From assembly GCA_030141605.1 (NCBI GenBank), contig JAQGDQ010000020.1, positions 682,001-746,000 on the forward strand: a DNA stretch of 64,000 bases, written 5' to 3'. Position numbers and translations under genes: made by a program. Shown here one piece after another: positions 55,961 through 64,000 of the stretch. This DNA comes from Tubiluchus corallicola. Lineage: Eukaryota; Animalia; Priapulida. How positions within the stretch are numbered: the stretch's first letter is position 1; every line of letters begins with the position of its first letter. The notes under the pieces were generated by a model that was not told where the DNA came from, did not search any database, and saw only the letters and a list, made by a program, of their open reading frames with translations.

Positions 55961-56699
55961 CCTAATCTAAGTTAGATTAGACATTTTTTATCTATATTAA
56001 ATACAGTTTAGCAACATAGAATAAAGATACGTAACTAGCAAAATTTAGCGAGATAGTTAAACGACCCTAATTTAACAAGTAAAAGCAACAAAACTTCCTC
56101 CGAGGTCCAAATACCTTCGAATTGGTCGCCCCTTTTCGAATAAACAACAAACCTACAACTTAAAAACGTAAACTTTGCTCATTTTGACTGGTTTTATTCA
56201 GCAATTCTAAATCTTGTCCACAATTTTAGCGACGTGTATGACTATGACTGAGCATGAGGCTCGGAGTAGCGTTAAAAATCCTAATCGAAAAATAATGCAC
56301 TTCTTACGTTCAGTTTACTTATCGCACAGGTAATTATAATACTCTGCCTAGCTGCTCCCAGACTCAGAGTCTCAAATTTAAAAAAATCAACATTACAATA
56401 GAATTAAACCGGAGAAACGCTAGAAAAGTCACACAACATAGACAGTATGGGACCTCTTTGATAACTGAGGAACATCCTAATCTCGCAGCCTCCCGAATAT
56501 TAAATTCGTGCTGTTTATTTAGCAGTTTCTCGTGTTCCGTCCATTTCATTTTGCAGTAATCAGACCCATATCAAACAAACAGTTTTATTGCACAATTTTA
56601 TAACTTTTTATGCATGTTTAATTTTCTCTAGAACACTTCATATGCCTCCCTGACTATAATAGTAGGATCAATATAATGAAAAATTGCAAGAAAACATTT

Positions 56700-57575
56700 T
56701 TGGTGTTTCTTTAGCATTTGGTCCGGAGAATAACACGTTCAAATTAGGCCGAAATTTAAACACGGCATAGCGCCTAATTATGACGTCAAAAAAGGTAGTT
56801 AATTTAATGTTAGTCTACCCGGATGGGGAATCAATACTCATTTTGATCCAAAAGCACGAAAACCTTGCCTAGTGCTAGAGCTCATTAAGGTGATAAATTA
56901 ATTTTGATCATGGGGTTAATCGAAATTCATATAATATTGCCGCAAGTTTCGAGATGGCTGGCAATATGTTTGTTACTAACTTATAAGGGCTATGTGTTAT
57001 AACTATCAGAGAATACAGGATAATGACTTTGGCATCTAAATAATAGGTTTTCAAGGTCAAGGAATTCATATCTTCCCATGTAATAACACCCCGTTTCAAC
57101 ATGACTGTTAAGATGGCTACAAATGTTGCACAAATGACAGAACTGCTCATTTTGCCTGAAAAACACAAAACTTTGCACAATGCTAAAATCCATCTGGTTT
57201 ATTATTATTGGATGTGGAGCCAACCGAAAATTATCAAATATGGCCACCGCATACTTGACGACTGACAAGATGGTTGTTGCCAACTCATAAGGATCATATA
57301 TTTTAAAAATTGTGAGCAAAGTCTACCTGTGCACCTTCGTACCAGTCGATAAAGCATATTTTTCATCTAGATGCAATGGTTTGAGAGATATACTTTGATT
57401 TTTGGCCTCAACAGGCGCCATTTTGGATTTACGCATGCATCTGAAGAGTATCAAAGCCGATTTTTGCCGATTTTTTGTTGTGGGTACCTGAAACAATATT
57501 CAAACAGAATCTGAAGAGAAAAATTCTATTGCCATTTGTTCTGGGTACTCCCTTGCTAGGAGCTATCTTTATAAA
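56700..57575. repeat. Probable non-autonomous element with an internal ~90-bp diverged direct repeat
   Basis: About 56907-56995 and 57210-57298 are similar (cgaaa.t..t..aatat.gcc..gca...ga.gg/actg.caa.atg.ttgtt.c.aact.ataagg). Confidence 0.4.
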
Positions 57576-58171
57576 TTATAGCCTCCTACTAGTCACTTCA
57601 AATTCGTCTTAGTCACAGATTTAAATCTGATGTTTTTGGTATATCAAATGTGATATAGGTCATAACAGTGGGACAAAAAATTTGAAAACAAAGAAATTAT
57701 TTTAAAAACTTTTTGACTTGGTAGCTTCTTCGAAAAGCGCACATTTTTTAAATGTTTAGGCTGGTAGCTGTCACTGTAGTGTTAGAATGCGGTCGAAACT
57801 TGTAAACATTAATAATTATGATTTGTATGATATCCTTGTTCTTATTTGAAAGATTTTTTGCTGCGTGAGAAAAATGGCTTGTAGTGTGCTCAGTATATAT
57901 ATGTAAACAGGTATTAATAAGAGAACAGAAGCGACCACTGCACAATGTAATAAAAGTCAAAAAAATTTGATATATTTAAAACGTATGAATTAACTTCTAA
58001 AAAATCAGAAAAGTCACTATATATTTATCTCGTTAATTTTCTGTACCTTACATCTTGTCAAAGTAATAAACTAAAGCAAATGTAACAGTCACATGGTAAC
58101 GGTTAACAAAATAGTTAACAAAACTAACTAACTACCAAATATGTCTGCAAAACTTAAAGATCTTATACAAT

Positions 58172-61100
58172 GAATAATAATAATAAAATTCCTTATTGCT
58201 GTTAAAATTACACATCGATGAACTGTAAACTACATTCCAAAAATTAAGTGTAATCAGTGTTTCCACTGCTGTGAACAATAGTGTTAAAAAATGAATTTAC
58301 AATTAAAAACACAAATGATATTATAATAAATTACGCTAAAGCTTAAGATACATTTAAGACTTTAAAACTTTACAATATTTACAAATTGAAATTCAAATTA
58401 GGTGCTTTATAGATGTTTTGTGTTAGTGACTTGAGTGTTGGTGGGTTTTAATTTGTTGACTTGATGCTAATGCATGACAGGTTTTGATATGCCACTACTA
58501 CAGACTATTGGGTTAAAATTGACAATACGTGTTGTCTGATGTTTTTGTATTAGTCATGTTTTGAAGGCTACTATAGTATTTTTCAGTTAATTTTTGATTT
58601 TTTTTAGAGTCACTGCACATTTTTACATTAAGTAGGCAAGCATTCCATGTATTTATTGTCGTTTTACAGACTAAATTTTGTACATATTTATTATTTGAAT
58701 TTATTTATCTTGTGCTGTGTGTTCATTGGTTTAGCATTTTTTTCGATATTAAATGGAAGCTAATTGGCACTGAAAGCTGGCACCAAATCGTTTAAAGAAA
58801 AATTATAAAGTGAATGGAATTGGAAATTGGATTCTACAGTGGGTATTTTTAGTTTTTCCCTGTTCAGTGTAGCTAAATATTTTGCTCTTGTTGTGAAACC
58901 AACGAGGTGTTTTAAAGCGTAACTTTGGGCCACTTCTAGCCTCTTTAAAGAAGTTTTAGATATATTTGAGAGTAGGTGGCAGCCATACGTTAAGTAGGAC
59001 CAGATCATGGTTTTATACATTTTTAAAAATATTTTTAAAGTTATTTGACATGTATCGAAAAGTATATTTGTTGTATCTCTTGATGTTTAGAAGCATGAAA
59101 ATGGTTTTTTCTGGGTTCATCTTAAGTTGCTAATAATCGAGAATATACAGAATATATTTCATTTATTCTACTTTTGATTTGAATTGGTCTACTGCACTAA
59201 AGGAATTAATGCTACTGGTTGTGATGTTAGCATCATCGGCATATTGTACGATATGGCAGTTACTTATTATGTTTGAAATACCGTTTACGTATATATGATA
59301 GATAGCTGTGGGCCTAGAATTGTGCCTTGAAGTACTCCATTAATATTATTGCCCCAATTTGAGTATATGTCATTTAATTTAGCCCCTTGTTTACTGGTAG
59401 GTAGATAATCTTGAATAAGTTTGACAGAATAGTTGTCAAATGCAATGGCGTTCAATTTTTTTAATAAAATGGTGTGTGAGAGGCTGTCAGAAACCTTGCT
59501 CAAATCAAGAAAGGCAGAAGCTGTGTATTTATCGTTTAAAAAGTAGCGCCATATTTGAGTTATATAAATTTTTGCGTGTGAAAGTCATGTATGAAGTTGA
59601 ACACTTGTAGAAAACGAATGAACACTATATTACATATCTGCACAAAAACTGAAACCGTTTATTATACTAAATACACAAGTAAAATGAAGATCACGACTGC
59701 TGCACTGCAGTGAGAGTGTGAGTTAAACAGTGTGTAGCACGACTGCACTGCACTGAGAACGTGACAGTTAGACAGTGGCTAGAAGTGAAATCCAGCCAGT
59801 ATATATAGGTAGAGAACTATGCAAAAACTTGGCTTCACATATCTCATTACAGTAAAAATAGGGGAGATCCAGTGAGTTTGCATATTCACTGGACCGAGCA
59901 ATTATACTAGGGGTGAGTTTAACTAGTAAAATGTTAAAGTGACTAATCAATAGATGGCAGCACCTAAAATATACAGTTACAACTTTCACATTGCGTCCAC
60001 TGTGCTATATTTCTTTTCATAACCAAATCAATGTTTTTTAGAATATTATTATCTACCAATTATTTGTATATTTGTTTGTGAATTAGTTTTTCAAAAATTT
60101 TAGAAACTGCATGTACAATAGGTATTGGGCGGTAATTTTCTGGTGTTTCAAGATTTCCATTTTAATCTTTTGGAGTTACATTAGCTATCTTGCATATATT
60201 TGGAAAGCTTCCTCTCATTACCATTTGGTTGAATATATAAGAGATATGTGGAGCTAGGATGGCACCAGATCATTTTATAGCTTTAATAGGAATATCACAT
60301 GGACCTGCACTTTTGGAATGTTTCATGTTGTTAATAATGGATATTATTTCTGTTGGATCAGTTGGCATGAATCTAAAGGCACAGTTTACTTTTTTGGTAA
60401 GAAATATTTCGTCATATTCCCTTTTTTGTATGATGGGTCTCCTTTGTACTCACCCATTTTAAGAAGGTGTTGTTAAGTATGTTTGCTATTTCTTGATTCT
60501 TGTACACTTTGTTATTCATGATAATTTTATTTATGGAGGTTTGTGTGTTTGTTTTATTTAAAACCTTGTTTATGACCTGCCATTTTTCTTTTGATGCTTT
60601 TGCATTTAAGCACTTGCTTTTATAATAATTATTTTTTAAATTAGAGTTTCTTGTATTGAAACGGTTCCTTGCTTTTTGTAAGCATTATGGCCGATGAGCT
60701 GTTTTGTCGACATAAATGTTTTCAATAGAACATTTTTTTCTTGTTGTAATTTAGTTAATTCTGGCAGATTTATTACGTTGTGGAAGTGTTCTTTTATTTG
60801 ACAATTTGATTTTCTGTATTGGAGCATAAATAACTAGGCAGTATTTAATATTGTTTAATAAAATTTCAATTTGTAAGTCTATATCAATTGTTTGATATGT
60901 TTCTTGCCAGAGCATTTTATTCTAGTCTGACAGAAACATATCTTGGTTGATGTTATTCATATTTTCGCTATATTTGTAGGTGAATTCATTATTTTTTTGT
61001 AAATGTGTGCTCATTTTCGTAATACAGATAATATAGTTATGGTCTGAGAAGTGGTTTGGTATAGATTTGAAAATTGTCTTGTACTAATATAGGATCTATA

Positions 61101-62100
61101 AGAGTAGATGTTGTTTTTGTAATTCTTGTTGGTTCTTTGTCATTCAGTGGTGTCATATCATGTTTGCTTAGGATGTCTGTGTACTCAACGACGTTCAACG
61201 GCTAATAAAGCAGGTGTCGTGTTTGAGGTGTTCACCTTATCACGTTTCCCGTTATTACTGACAACACTGGCGTAAGTGTTTGTTGTCACTGTAGATGTTT
61301 CGGGTTGGATGCACCTTTTCGCTTGAACTTCGATCATGATCGATTTGTTTTGCTTGCTTAGGGGGAGGAGATTTAAAAACTGAATCTATGTGAACTCAGT
61401 CAGGTTCGTTTCTTTCACAAGACTCATTTTTGTTTTGCACTGAGGGCAGGACTTCTACATAATTTTCATTATCTTGTTCTACTGCTTATATGGATATTTC
61501 GTTTATGGATTCATTGTTAGCTTTATTGTTAGGTTTGGTGTACTATCCCTGTTCTCATTAAAGGCATTTTCTCGTAGGATGTCATCTTTGTTTATATATG
61601 TTACGTCATTCTCTTTTGTATTTATTTCATTGTCGCTGCTTTCATATACAATTTCTTGTCTTGGTGTAGGGCTTCGTTGTTTATATTTACTAGTTCAGTG
61701 TCACTTAAAACAGTGGCTTCCATTGCCATGTTTAGTAACGTTGCTAGTTTCTCATTACACTATTTTATGTAGCAGTCTTCTGTGATAACAATACTGTTAT
61801 TGAAGATTTTTCCCAGGTCAATTTTTTCGATACGGTGATTTTATAGGTTAGAACAGTACCTTGTTCGTTATTTGTCTGATCACACGTAGAGTTTGGTTCC
61901 ACGATCTTCATCGCATTCCTCAATCCATCGGTGATTTTGTTCACTTTCTCACCTCGCACAACAATTTTCCCGGCATCGTCATGTTCAGCGTTGATGGAAA
62001 ATTTTCCCATAAACTTCTACTTTCATTTTTATTTGCTCCATGTTACTTCTCTTTGGCTATTCTTCACTCATTTTTAGTAGTTTTGTTGTTGTTCAGATTG
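58172..62100 (-). mobile_element. Heavily decayed, internally deleted L2/CR1-group LINE
   Basis: Minus-strand pieces: ORF1-like TYASVV region (about 61200-62100), EN end KEPTRITKTTSTLID..SDH (about 61030-61190), linker, RT FLDLSKVSDSLSHTILLKKL, GVLQGTILGP, QYADDA, YKTMIWSYLTYG. (TTA)n tail near 58172-58187. Interrupted by unrelated DNA at about 59560-60000. Confidence 0.78.
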
Positions 62101-64000
62101 TAATTTTACAGGTAAAAAATACATTACCAGTAACCTATGTTATATCATAGTTTAAACTACGAGGCTTGCAGCATCAAGTAAAACCAGTTCTGCGTAAATT
62201 AATTCATTAGCAGGACGATTTGCACGACGATGTTCACACGTCAACTGACGACAAACCATTATGCTTATAACATTTCAGGCAGTTCATAATAATTTTACAG
62301 CAATAATAATCACAATAACAGCATAACAACGACAAGAACAGCAACCCTTTATGCATCAGCCTATGTCCATGGTTTTTGTTACATTTGGACGACCTAGTCG
62401 TATTTGATGATGAATGTCATATTTGATACTAGGCGTGTCAATATTTGAGTGAAAAAACCTATATATTACCCTTGTAATGTTCTGTACTGCACTTCTGTTT
62501 GTAACCTCTGTAGCAAAGGATTTCGTTACACCACGTACTGTAACTATACTGCATTTGGAGCGATTGAACGTTTACACCATTTACATCACGTTTGTTATAA
62601 ATTAAACTGGTGAAGTTATTAATTAATACAATTCCGAAGAACACTTTGTCAAAACGTGACCAGAATCAGCATACATGTAAACGGAATTTATAAAATCACT
62701 GATTTATGACTGAGTAAAACATAATCGTTCGCGTGATAATTAGTTTGTACAGACCTGGCTATAGAATTTGATTAGCAAAATTCCAAAAATTAATATTTTT
62801 AAACCGTGAGCAACAAAGAAGCCCGTTTGCTGTCATCGTCACGTTAGTAATGGAGTCATAACAGTGAATAACTCTAAAACTTTAGAATCACAAACTTCCA
62901 ATATACACACGTGACCCGGGGCTCACATAATGGTATGATAGAATAAGCTGGGATTGTTTAAGGGCCCGGGATAGAACCCAAATAGGCAAACTGTTCAGTC
63001 ACACATGAGTAAATAGCACTGGACCGGATATAGTCAATTGACAGTCACGAGCACTGTGCACTCTGGTCAGTCACACATGAGCGAACTACACTAGACCAGG
63101 CATAGTAAAGCGCGGTCATGCTCGGAGACTTGGATCTCAATTGATTCAGTTTTGTTAAGAATCTTTTTTAAGCTGAAATGTGTTCATAATTTTAGTTTTG
63201 ATAGTCTAGAGTGAGTAAAAATGGTAAGATTGGTATTTTTTTATTTTGATGTACTACATTAACTATAGTTGAAAAATCACAATCAATTAAGATTAGAAAA
63301 TTAAACAGAAAAAAATCATTTACATAAAATCATACGTATAAAGTACATAAATTTTTATAGACAAATTTTAATACATTTATTATTATAATGTGGAAATAAC
63401 ATTGTCACCTTCGACAGAGACTATATTTTTAAAAGCCGAGTAGCAGACCTATTGGCTAAGTCGTATATCGCATATAATGGTATCTGCTTCATTAAGATCA
63501 GAAATGAACCTAAAGTGACAATTTTACGAATTTAAAAGAGTAGGAATCATAGTTTTCTTTTGTGGACCTATATGGGAGGTTAAAAATTAGCGATTATAAA
63601 GCCGAAATAACAGTGTGACATAGACTATACACATATAAGCACAATGCATACTATAATGTTATTTTTAAGAAAAAATCGGCACCACATGCAACATAGTTTA
63701 ATATGGAATAGACGAGTACCTAATGTAAGTTAAAAGCTAAATGTGCACATAATTGCAGAATACCATGCACTATAATACATTATATAAAACACCATACAGA
63801 TTAGAGTCGTAAATAAAATAATTTTGGTTATTCTCCCTTAACACTAACTGACAACAGAAATCGAAAGTTAAGCTATTCAATGAAAATATTGTTATGTACA
63901 TGCATTACAAACGTGAACTGAAGAAAAAGACAGTTCAACAATAATCACACACTTATATAGCACTAGTTCACAGAAATCGACCCGGAAATCATTTCTGGTC

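Noticed and set aside
62996-63100. Short direct repeat cagtcacacatgag...cact.gacc, two copies
   Set aside because: Only two diverged copies; likely part of an unidentified repeat with no further support.

Overview
This is AT-rich, intron-containing eukaryotic DNA, most likely from a metazoan invertebrate; the taxon cannot be fixed from this window. Two things are clearly supported. (1) A 20-exon ABCB6/HMT-1 half-ABC-transporter gene on the minus strand (CDS 51547->35946). I joined the exons by hand at GT-AG sites with consistent phases, giving about 855 aa. (2) An apparently full-length, young-looking ~5.5 kb non-LTR retrotransposon (25928-31411, +) with (TC)n microsatellite on both sides. 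It has a gag-like ORF1 and an APE-RT-CCHC ORF2, no RNase H that I can see, and a (TAA)n/A tail. Unusual traits are a duplicated N-terminal C4 zinc ribbon in ORF1, 'MGH' in place of the endonuclease SDH motif, and a hairpin-rich 5' end. All three ORF2 frameshifts can be repaired by adding one base in a homopolymer. The rest is intergenic or intronic DNA with decayed CR1/L2/RTE fragments, hAT- and Tc2-like MITEs, putative SINEs, a possible solo LTR and micro/minisatellites. Most short ORFs in the supplied track are spurious. I saw no rRNA, tRNA or CRISPR array. All family assignments come from motif recognition; no database search was run.
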